From contig CM074816.1 in the NCBI GenBank assembly GCA_037447605.1, positions 1,193,873-1,257,872 of the forward strand: a stretch of 64,000 nucleotides of DNA. The letters run 5' to 3'. The notes under the pieces were generated by a model. That model was not told where the DNA came from. It made no database searches and worked only from the letters and a program-made list of their open reading frames with translations. Position numbers and translations under genes: made by a program. Numbering within the stretch: the first letter of the stretch is position 1; every line of letters begins with the position of its first letter. The DNA comes from Zygnema circumcarinatum SAG 698-1b. Its lineage: Eukaryota > Plantae > Zygnematophyceae. Positions 53,801 through 64,000 of this stretch are shown piece by piece.

Positions 53801-56800
53801 GGGGGGGATTTATGCAGGCATGTGCAGGCTTGAGGTTGCTCTACTCGTACAAAGTGACACTTGTACCCATCAAAGAGATGACGGAAGTGCTGACTGTGGA
53901 GAAGAAGACTCCCGATTTGGAGTTGAATTCGTGGGCGAGAATGAAGCAGGGACTATACAAGGGCGACTTGGCACAGGTTTTCCTCATGTTCCCAGAACAA
54001 ACAATAGGGCTTTCAGGGATTTTAGGGATTTTAGTGAGTTGTAGCATTTGAATTTTCTGAAGGATGTAGGTACTAAAGAATAGATGGTCATTTTTTACCC
54101 TGTTTCAGTTCAGGTATTGGATGATCATGTCAAAGTAAATTTGAGTTTGGATAGCTTTGGAGAAGGGAACTTTGAACGGCTTGCTTGTTATCTGCTGTAA
54201 AATTTTCTCATCCTCTTGGTTTGATGCTTAATTTGTTTTATTGGAGGCAGGTTATTGATGTTGATACTGCAAAGTCACAAGCAACTGTGAAGCTTGTTCC
54301 TCGAGTGGATCTTGAAGCCCTGGCAGCGAAGCAGGTGGGGTCTCTCTCTCTTACAACTTCACTTTTCACTTTGGCTCAGCATGCACTTGAAACAGGAACT
54401 AATCCAAGGAAACATATACTTACATGTGGATGCATGTGTGAAACTGTATATGTCTGTTTACGCTCAATCATTTCCCCTCCTTTTTCTGCTTGAATGCATG
54501 GGTATGCGTATGTCCGTACGCACGTGTAGGCATTGCATGCATGCATGCATGCCCACAGACACCTTTACATTCGCATATGTATGCCAGTGATTACAATTGT
54601 ACAGACATACATGTAACATGGAACATCATAGCACGTATGTGTACATGCAGTATAGAGTGAGAGGGTATATATGGGGGTGCATATGGCAGGATGGTGGTGG
54701 TGGCTCCCAAAAGAAAAGAGTGACTCGACCACCAGCAAGATTTTTCTCAATGGAAGAAGTCAAGTAAGTGAATGCGCATTTCCACCTGTTAAAGGGAGTT
54801 CTTCTATAAATGACCAAAAACTAGAGAGTTGTTAGTTTTACCTATAATTGGGTCTCGTGTGAGCAAAAGTTCTCTACTTCTGTGGACAGGAATCTGAACA
54901 TCAAGGTGATGGAGAGGCGAGATCAGACCACATATGAGTATGTAGATGTGATAGAAGGAATGAGATTCAAAGACGGATATTTTTGGAAGACAGTATCACT
55001 GAAAACGCTCGATACAAAAGGAGTCACCCCCACTCTCGATGAACTTCAAAGATTTCAAAGGCCGAGGGAAAATGAAGATGAATCTTTGGGCCTTCCTGCG
55101 AATCTTGCCTCGAAGCCAAGAAGCAAGTTGATGAAGGGAGATATGGTACAAGTTTGTGAAGGAGATTTGAAGGGACTTATGGGAAAGGTGGAGAAGGTGG
55201 ATGGGGATGAAGTTATAATTCAGCCCTTACATAAGGACTTGAAGGTATGTTCAGCATCCTTTGAGGGGAAGTGGTTGTTGGATTAGTTAAGAGGAGAGAA
55301 AGAGGTAATGAAGGTGGAGGTTGTTATCATGATCTGGATAAATATTTAGAAAAGAGAAGAAATTGAGTGGGAAATAAACAGGATGAGACTATTCGAAAGC
55401 GAAGGTGAGGTGATGCCTTTCACTTAGTCACTGAAAGAAAGAGTGGACTTCTTGGAAAATGCGTTAGTCCAGTAGATACTGAAACACACGTGTGGAGCAT
55501 GTGGGAGTGCAGGAGCCTCTCCCTGTGAAGGAGAGACAGTTACGTAAATTTTTCAAAACCGGCGATCATGTGAAGGTGATTGCAGGGCAGCATGACGGGG
55601 CAACCGGCCTCATTGTAAAGGTGGAAGAACAGATTGTTGTTATACTGACGGATACCACTCGAGAACATGTAAGTGTGACGTCGACACAGAGAGAGAGAGA
55701 GAGAGAAGAGAAAGACAGAGAGAAAGTGTGACGTCAACACAGAGGAAAAAGAAAGTGAGAGAGAGGGAGGGAAGGGTGAAGGGGTAATTACTGTTCTATC
55801 TTGTCGTAGTTTTCCACTTGTGGCCTAATGATATTCATGTCATATCATCAATGATCAGTAATGCGAATGTAATTCAAGAAGCAAAAGGAAGCACGAGGGT
55901 TTAAACAACATTTTCGCTTTATTTGTGGCTTTATTTTCCATTAGCAAAGTTACAGAGACAAGTCAAGCCTTGAAGTTGGTGGATTCCTAATTAGATGCCA
56001 GTTCTTTGTTTGCTGCCATGCACAGATTAAGGTCTTTTCTCGAGACATTGTATCAAGCACTGAGATCACATCGGGGATTTCACAGCTTGGTTTGTACGAG
56101 CTTCACGACCTCGTGATGCTCGAGTAAGTTGAGCCAGTCTACAACCTTAAATATTGTACAAATTTGCAATGTCCATGTGATGGGTAAATTCATCATGTTC
56201 TGTATGATGTTCTTGATCAAGTGTACCGTTAAGATGAATTGCTTGACCTAGACTTAAACGGATTTTTTTAAATTTTAGTTTAAAAAAATCTCGATTGTGA
56301 ACCTTCTTGAAATGAATGACGGGTTTGTCCTTCTGGAATTTTTGCAGCCAAATGAACTTCGGAGTGATTGTGAAGGTTGAACAAGGGGGCTGTCAGGTTG
56401 GTTGCCTCCTTTTTCCCTTCATATACGAGTCCTAATCCTGCTTTGTTTCGTGCGCTAGAATCACCCTTTTCTGTGCACCTTTAACAAGAGAATAACTCAC
56501 AAAATTAAGCATTCCATTGTCACCTGCCTGCAATCATACTATCCGAATTTACATCCGAAGATCTGCCTCTTTGCCACATAGCCCACATCCTTCCTTTTGC
56601 CTTTCAATCTGTTGACTTTAACATCCTTAACACCTGACATTTTTTTACCTTCAATTCACTAAAACAAGCTGTGTAACTTTATCAATGCCAGATTCTGAAG
56701 GCCACCCCCGACCGCTTTGACGTGGAGGCAGTGAAGCTGCGCGACATTCAGCGCCGAATTTTTGACAAACGGAGCAGCGCTCAGGACTGTGACGGGAACA

Positions 56801-59800
56801 CGCTCGGAGTGAAGGACCCCGTGAGAGTGCTTGAGGGGAGCTACAAGGTACGGCACTCTCTCACGCGAGAGAGAAAGGAGAGAGAGGAGAGAGAGGAGAG
56901 AGGGGAGAGAGAGAGGACAGAGAGGAGAGAGAGAGGAGAGAGAGGAGAGAGAGGAGGGAGAGGGCGAGCAGGGAGAGAGGGAGAACGGAGAGGAAGGCGA
57001 GGGGGAGAGGTAGAGAGGCAAGGGGGGGAGAGAGGGGTGAGAATAGCGATGGGGAAAGGGAGAGTGACAGTAGATCGAGAGAGGGAAGGGACGGGGAGAG
57101 GGAGGAAGGCAAGAGAGGGAGAGCGGAGAGGGAAGGGAGGGGGAATGGGAAAGAGGCAAGTGGGAGAGTGAGGGGAGAGAAAAGCGCGGAGAGTGGAGAG
57201 GGGAAACGAGGTTAGGATAGTGGGTATAGAAGCTGCACTACAGTTTCCACAGTTTTACAATCAAGTGGACCCACAGACATACCCATGTTGCATCGCTAAG
57301 AAAAGATTGAGTATGTGAAGGAGGACTGGATACGAGAAACGAAGACAGGACCGAGGCTACAGAAAACTACCATAGATTCCACCTACTTAGATCGTTTCGG
57401 ACCAATGGACACACTCATCTTGCATTCCAAAATGACAAAAGCTTTTAGTATGTGAAGCGAGATCGGTATATGGGTCTGTTTCCATGCAGGGCCGGCATGG
57501 CAGTTTGGAGCACCTTCACCGCGGGATGATCTTTGTTCTCGACCGCAGCCAATTGGAGCATGGCGGCTTCTTCTGCGTTCGAGCTCGAAGTTGTAGAGCG
57601 ATGGGAGGAAACGGCTCGAACAGAGGAGCAGATGTGCTGGTCGGTTTTTCACCCCTATAGACCACTCTATTCGTGGGGGGTTGCTTCTGCAATGTTTTGG
57701 GGTTTTGAGTACAAGGTATCTAAAAAATGTAGTGCAATGTAATGTAGGATATGAGTACTGTAGGATATGGGTAATGTAGGATATGGGTAATGTAGGATAT
57801 GGGTAATGTAGGATATGGGTAATGTAGGATATGGGTAATGTAGGATATGGGTAATGTAGGATATGGGTAATGAAGGATAATGTAGGAGATGGGTGATGAA
57901 GGATAATGGAGGATATCTTAATAGTGTAAGGTAATGTAATGAAGGATAATGTAGAATATTTTAGTGTAAGGTAAAGTAATGTAATCTTTTATCACGCATC
58001 TTGACGAGGCATGCGATATGAAGCGTGTATGAGTAAGTCGAGAGGTCAATTGGGAGTAACCGAAAGAACGGTGTTTCTTTTCTCTTGTTTGTTTGTTTGT
58101 TTATTTGCTGAACAGAGGCGACCGCCGGCACTCTCTGACAACCACCTCATGATGAGGTCCCCCTCCCACATGCTGCAGTCTCCTCGGAGAGGGCCTTACC
58201 AAACTTTTGGAAGAAATCGTGGGTTTGGGGCTCAAGGTACAACACTCTTAACCTGCATCAAAAAGGGGTCAGAAAAATCAGCATTTTTTTTTTTTTTTCC
58301 CCTTGGCGGAGACATTGACTTGTTTTTGGATTATTTTTTGTGCTTGTTTTAGCTCCAGGATCGTTCAGTGGAGGGCGAGTGGGAATCCGGCGAGATGATG
58401 GCATGGTTGGCCGTACAGTGAAAATCCGAAAGGGGCCGTACAAGGGCTACAAGGGCCGCATTGTGGATGCTACAGATACCACTGCAAGAGTAGAGCTCGA
58501 GTCGCAGATGACGATTGTGACAGGTGTGCAGATCTCTAGCTCTCTCTCTCTCTCTCTTACTCTGCCCCGCACTCTCACTCTAGCTTTCTCTCTCCCTCTC
58601 CCCCTTTCTTTCTCTCTTTTCCTCCCCTCTCTCTCTTTTTCTCTCTCCCTCTCCCCCTTTCTTTCTCTCTTTTCCTCCCCTCTCTCTCTCTCTCTTTCTC
58701 TCTCCCTCTCCCCCTTTCTTTCTCTCTTTTCCTCCCCTCTCTCTCTCTCTCTCTTTCTCTCTCCCTCTCCCCCGTTCTTTCTCTCTTGTCCTCTCCTCTC
58801 TCTCTTTCTCTGTCTCTCTGACTCCCTATTTTTCTTTCTCGCCTCTCTCTCTCTCTCTCTCTCACTCTCTCTCTCTCTCTCTCTGTCTTTTACCCTTCAT
58901 CCGTTCCCCGCTGGCTCTCTCCATCCCATCGCTCTCCCTTCCCCCTGTCCTCTCCACTTTCACTCTATCACGTGCTAAACCATCCATCTTTTTTCTGCCG
59001 ACCTCCCGTTCACTTTCCCCACTCTCCTCTTTCTCGCCTTCCTTGTATTCTTGAATATCGAGCGAACAAGTCGATGGTTTCCCTGTATCTGAGAGCCCCT
59101 AAATCACTTGTATTCAGGAATCCTCTGCAGTTTCCCATTTTTTTGCTATATGGGTCAATTTGGATTATGAAGGATGGCTAAAGTAACAATAACTTGTTTT
59201 TATTGCAGTGCTTTCGTGCTTATATTTGAGTTAATCTTCTATGATGCTTGCTAATTGTTCTCATTTTTGCATTTGGATGCAGTGCAAAGAGACGAGCTGC
59301 CTGAAGGAGATGGAGCCCCTCAACGAACTCCCTACATTACAAGGTGGGAGTAGGACAACGAGTGCTGTTATTAACTATTTTTCAATGTCAAAGCTTTAGA
59401 GTTTCACTGGTCTGTTTTTTTTTTTTGAAGAAAATGACAAAAACAGCAAAAATGACAAAAATGACAAAACTGTCAGCTAAGTTTTGACATGCATTGTTTG
59501 AGTATAGAATAGCAAGTTCAATCTTGTCAGCAATAGGGTGAGAATGGAAGAGATGAAGTAAAAAAAAACAGTCACACGGACGAAATTTTGGAAAATCCCA
59601 CTACTGATCTGTAGCGGGAAGGAAAATGTGCTGTTGCTTGGTGTGTCCAGACAACTGAAAAATCTTAAATGAAAACCAAAAAACTGCACTTTCTATGGAG
59701 TGAGGTCTACCCCAATATTCCGTTTTTCCGTAGCAGTTTTCTGGTTGTTCTACGACAGTAAAATGCTGAGCTGGCTTCACTGTACCTGTTTTTTTTTTTT

Positions 59801-60419
59801 TTGTTTTTGTTTTTTTACCTGTTTGTTGTTGTGTTTTCATGCAGGGAATCTCCCCACTACGGAGCGGGAAGTGAAACTCCGATGCATCCTTCACGCACTC
59901 CCATGCATGGCGGCTTCAGCATGAATGAGCCCACAGGTGGGATATCCTCTCCCACTGGTTAGTGAAGAAGTCATCAAAATTAAAGATACATAGAGATGTA
60001 GTTGAGCACCTTTTCTTCGGAAAGTTGGGTTTTCCTGATTTGGTCTGAGTTTTTCCTCGTCTTTTGTGATTGGGAAATTCAGCAACACCAATTCATGAAG
60101 GAATGCGAACTCCTATGCGAGACCGAGCTTGGAATCCGCATGTTCCGACTACTCCTCTTCGGTACGGAATCAAATCACTTTACTTTCTCTGTGTTAACCG
60201 TGGGACGTCAGACACATCAAAATTAGGGTTTGGTTTGACTTGCGATGAAAATGAGGGACCTAAAGGATGAGTAAGCAGATTTCAGTCTCGGCCTAATGTT
60301 GTTTATGATAAGCTGAAGTGATTGCCGAGAAGTATCTTCATTCTAAAACAAGTATTTCAGACGGAATCACGGTCGTATTTCAGAAGAAACCATGTTCTGC
60401 AATCTCAAATCTGATGCTC

Positions 60420-60452
<33 letters not shown>

Positions 60453-60515
60453 TGTATGTATGTATGTATGTATGTATGTATGTATGTATGTTCTGCAATC
60501 TCAAATTTGATGCTC

Positions 60516-60547
<32 letters not shown>

Positions 60548-60571
60548 TCTGCAATCTCAAATTTGATGCTC

Positions 60572-60604
<33 letters not shown>

Positions 60605-62521
60605 TGTATGTATGTATGTTCTGCAATCTCAAATCTGATGCTCATATATGTATGTATGTATGTATGTATGTGTGTGTGTGTTTTGATGACGTGGGCAGAG
60701 GGGACACATGGGATGATGCGAATCCCGCGACATGGACCGCCGGTCCGGGCTATGGAGGGAGCTACCAACCCTTCTCTCCCGCATACTCTCCCGCAGAGAA
60801 TGTTCCAACTCCTCAAGATAACCAAAATGTGAGCTCTCCATGCACTGAAACTTGAACAAAAAAAAAGAAAAGGAAAGAAAACATAGAAAAGGAGGGGCTT
60901 GAAGAGCCCCTCCTTTTCTATGTTTAACGTTTCCTATCTTCACGAAGGAGCTCATACCCAACACCCTTAATGTTCTGAACAATGCCGAAAATGCTCCTTC
61001 TTATTGGAAGCCCGGAATTGGGATAACTTTCGGAATGAACTCTGTTTGGCTGCTGTGTTCAGTTTCTTCTTCTGAATATGCAAAGATAAAAAAAAGGTAT
61101 GTTGTTTCTACTACTAGATGAGAACAGATTCATAAGGCACACCTTTAGGTTTTTTTCTTAACGTGGGTGTTTTACGGGTTTTTTTTTTTTTTCAGCCCTC
61201 CACTCCGGGATTGGCAGGGCGGTCCTATGAGGCGCCGACACCTGGCACAGGATGGGGGGGAGGACCATCCGGGGGATATGCTGACGTAAGCAATACAGGT
61301 GGCACTCCAAGCTTTGGAGCAGGCACACCCTATGAAGGTAACCCTTCCTCTCCCTCTCTCCTACTATCTCTTTCTCCCCCTCCTCTCCGTCGTCTCTCTC
61401 TATATCCTGCCTTCCCCTCACTCCGCTTCACCCCATCCACCCAGTTCTCTTTGTAATTTCCCTTTGCATATCTCTATTTCCGGCTCGTTCCCTCGTATGT
61501 CATCTCCCCTCTCGTGATTCCCTCCTGTTTTGCTTTTGCTGTTTGTCCTCCATCCACTCACGTTCCCCCTTCCTCCTATGTTTCCCAATCTCCTCCTAAC
61601 TCACTCTCCCACATCGCAGTGCTCCCCCCATTAAGATAGCTCACTCCTGCTGCTGCTCTCTTGTCCTTCTCTCCCCCTCTTCTTTTCTAAATACACCCCT
61701 TATTAATAGAGTATTCTCTTCTCCTGAAGCGTATGTGCATCTCCATATTCACACAGTGCAGTGTATGTTTCTCCCCTTCCTCTCCCCTCCCTCTCCCCTC
61801 CCTCTCCCCTCCCTCTCCCCTTCCTCTCCCCTCCCTCTCCCTCCCTCTCCCCNNNNNNNNNNGAGAGGAAACGAGGGAGAAAGGGGGGGGGGAGAAAGGG
61901 GGGGGGAGAAAGGGGGGGGGAGGGAAGGGGCAGGGAAGGAGGAAAGGGGAGAGGGAGGGACGGAGAGGGAGGGGGAAGATGGAGTGGGGGAGGGTGGAGG
62001 GAGGGGGAGGGGGAGTGGGAGGGAGGGGGGAGGGGGGAGGAGAAAGAGGGCGGGAGAGGGGGAAAGGAAAGAGGAAAGGGAGAGGAAGGCAGAGGGGCAG
62101 AGAGTGAGGGGGCAGGGGAGAGATGGGGGGGAGGTGAGTGGGGAAGGGGGGAGGAGGGTAGGATGAGAGGGGAATAGGGAGGGGAGGAGGGAGGAGGGAG
62201 ACAGATTTGACATAGCAGGCTGATGGCTAACCTGTAGTTCGCACGTGCCGGGCCGTACACCAGGACGGCATTTGCCGCGTGGCAATGGGCGCACAGGGCG
62301 AGGGGGAGATGGTGGCTACCGCTGGGGCAGATTTAGAATTAGTTCCGCCAAAGAAAAACGACAAAATCAAGGTGGCGACTGGCGAGTGGCGGGGCCATAC
62401 CGGGAAACTGATTCAGATCGATGTGATGGACGCCATAGTGAAAATGGACGACTGGGACGAGGACTCATCCAACGTTAAGGCCTTCGAGCTCACTGAGTTG
62501 GGACGATGGGTGCCGCCCTAG
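50866..62521 (+). CDS. SPT5: Transcription elongation factor SPT5 (acidic N-terminus, NGN, KOW repeats, CTR), about 20 exons
   Basis: Exons 50866-51127, 52476-52714, 53419-53574, 53818-53976, 54251-54334, 54690-54763, 54890-55244, 55513-55668, 56026-56123, 56348-56396, 56692-56847, 57490-~57633, 58116-58236, ~58353-58523, 59283-59343, 59845-59936, 60083-60161, 60699-60828, 61196-61337, 62238-62521. Motifs [69 protein letters not shown]. Confidence 0.95.
51220..52300. repeat. ~1.1-kb C-rich (CCCCT/CCCCCT)n tract in SPT5 intron 1
   Basis: Nearly pure C/T on the plus strand; a short duplicated acgttgggtttagaaa(a)gtagttacc near 52138 and 52231. Confidence 0.9.
57739..57875. repeat. 16-bp minisatellite (gtaatgtaggatatgg) in an SPT5 intron
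   Basis: Six perfect copies at 57772-57867 plus degenerate flanks. Confidence 0.9.
60393..60670. repeat. Compound repeat: a 30-bp unit alternating with variable (TATG)n tracts, four copies
   Basis: tgttctgcaatctcaaatYtgatgctcata repeated four times in the SPT5 intron before exon 60699. Confidence 0.9.
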
Positions 62522-63719
62522 AGAGGGAGGTGGGAGAGAAAGCAGGGAGAGAGTAGAGGAGGAATGGAAAGAGAGAGCGAGAGAGAGAAAGAGAGAGCGG
62601 GGAGGGGAGGGGGGGAGAGAGCGAGTATTGTTTGTTAGGATGGAGAAGTGAGGTTTGGTCTGGAAGCAAGGACGAACATTCGTTGTCTGTCTCCAAAGTG
62701 TAGACGGCAGGGAAGGAAGGGGCTTTAAGGTTAGGGCTTGTTTGGGGTTTTAGAGGGTCTGATTTTAAGGGTTTATGATGAAAGTGCGTAGGAGTGATGT
62801 ACAGGGAAAGGAAATGCAGGGCAGTGGAAGCTACTGTTTCTGCGTTTAGGAACGAATGAAAATTTGAGGCCCTGTTTGGAGGATGGGATCGTGTTCCATA
62901 TGAGCCAATGCGACGTGTGTCAAAACATGGTTATCGAAATCCACACTTTTGTGGTTTGCTTGTGCATTGAACCTTGTCGCTTGAACATGAAGGAAGAAGT
63001 TGACCGACTTTGACCACTAATGTGAGGATGGAAGCCTTGCCACAGAAGACTGCGGTTCCTTTTTCTCATCTTATCCAGTGCGGACGGAGCTTGCTAAGGG
63101 CTCTGTCTGCTGCCCCAGAATAGCACCCTCAATGAGTGTACCAAAAGTTATCCATAAATCCAAACTAATGTTTATGGACCTGTCGTGTAGGTTTAGGCCA
63201 CGCTGTTTATGTTCTTCCTAATTGGTTTTGGGATTTTGAGTATTTAGTGTAATTTCAAATTGTACTCGTCGACCCTAAACCCTAAACCCTAGTCCGACAC
63301 ACCCTCATAGACTCCACGATGAGGTACGAAAGTTTCAAAAATAATCTTCCCACAGTCACTTTCCTGATTTAAGGTTTTTCTTTATAAATGACTTTTTTTT
63401 GCCATATGTTATCGCGGGCGCGGGCACTCCCAAGGGTTCCCTCGCTGCCTGCCCGTTAGATCGGGCAAGCTAAACCCTAAAACCCTACTGCCCTGCAATC
63501 CACGGGGCTTAGCCCGGGAGGGTTTTCTACTGCCCGCTTTCCCTCCCAAGTGCGCTCAGCGCGCGAAAAAAGAAAAAAGCGACTGTCGGAACCATGGGAG
63601 CCGTCGATGGCCGTTGATCGGACGGCTGTGGTGCGGCGATGACAGCATGGCCTTTCGGGGCGCGCTCGTGGTTTGACCACGCGCCGCCGCTCCCCCTCCG
63701 CCGGCCGGCCCCGCCTGCT

Positions 63720-64000
63720 GCGTTTTGTATCGTCATATCGCCGATACGATGTGATATTTTCTATTGAAAATATTGGTAGTATCGGTTCGTCCCATTCGGC
63801 CTCTGCGTTTTGTATCGCCATATTGCCGAGATATGCTATTTGGTATCGGAAATATCAGTGGTATCGGTTCGTCCCATGCGGGTGCATCGTTTCGTATCGC
63901 CCATATCGCCGATACTAAATGTTGTTCGTATTGGAAGTATCAGCTGTATCGGTTCGTGGTATGCGGCATGATAATTGATCAGTATGTATCGGTTTTAGCG
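63720..64000. mobile_element. Probable subterminal-repeat region of a DNA transposon continuing beyond the window
   Basis: Repeated gtatcggttcg (three times), cgtttYgtatcg (three times) and atatcgccgatac (twice); no end or TIR visible. Confidence 0.35.

Noticed and set aside
60393-60670. CRISPR-like 30-bp repeats with variable spacers
   Set aside because: The spacers are pure TATG microsatellite inside an intron

Overview
This is eukaryotic green-plant-lineage DNA. It is most likely a streptophyte alga or an early-diverging plant; that is an inference from the gene set, TTTAGGG-type repeats and GT-AG introns filled with GA/CT simple repeats. By manual splicing I can support eight multi-exon protein genes: organellar IF3 (-), EMC5/MMGT1 (+), an expansin with an extensin-like tail (+), a clade-A PP2C (+), PMIR1-like (-), a RAD6-family E2 (+), MCM9 (-) and SPT5 (+). 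There are five 10-N gaps, and the one in the PP2C is flanked by a 1.27-kb near-identical duplication that is probably an assembly artefact. Most long ORFs in the ORF track are translations of microsatellites. I found no rRNA, tRNA, CRISPR array or intact transposase. The observations most worth follow-up are: (1) a ~4-kb intronic satellite in MCM9 whose units are consensus 5' splice sites on the sense strand; (2) a TIR-bounded foldback element built from palindromic modules; (3) the expansin-extensin chimera; (4) a clade-A PP2C with His in place of the ABA-sensing Trp, downstream of an ABRE-dense promoter; (5) a pogo-like MITE with a non-TA flank upstream of MCM9. All exon coordinates and alignments were done by eye and no database search was run.
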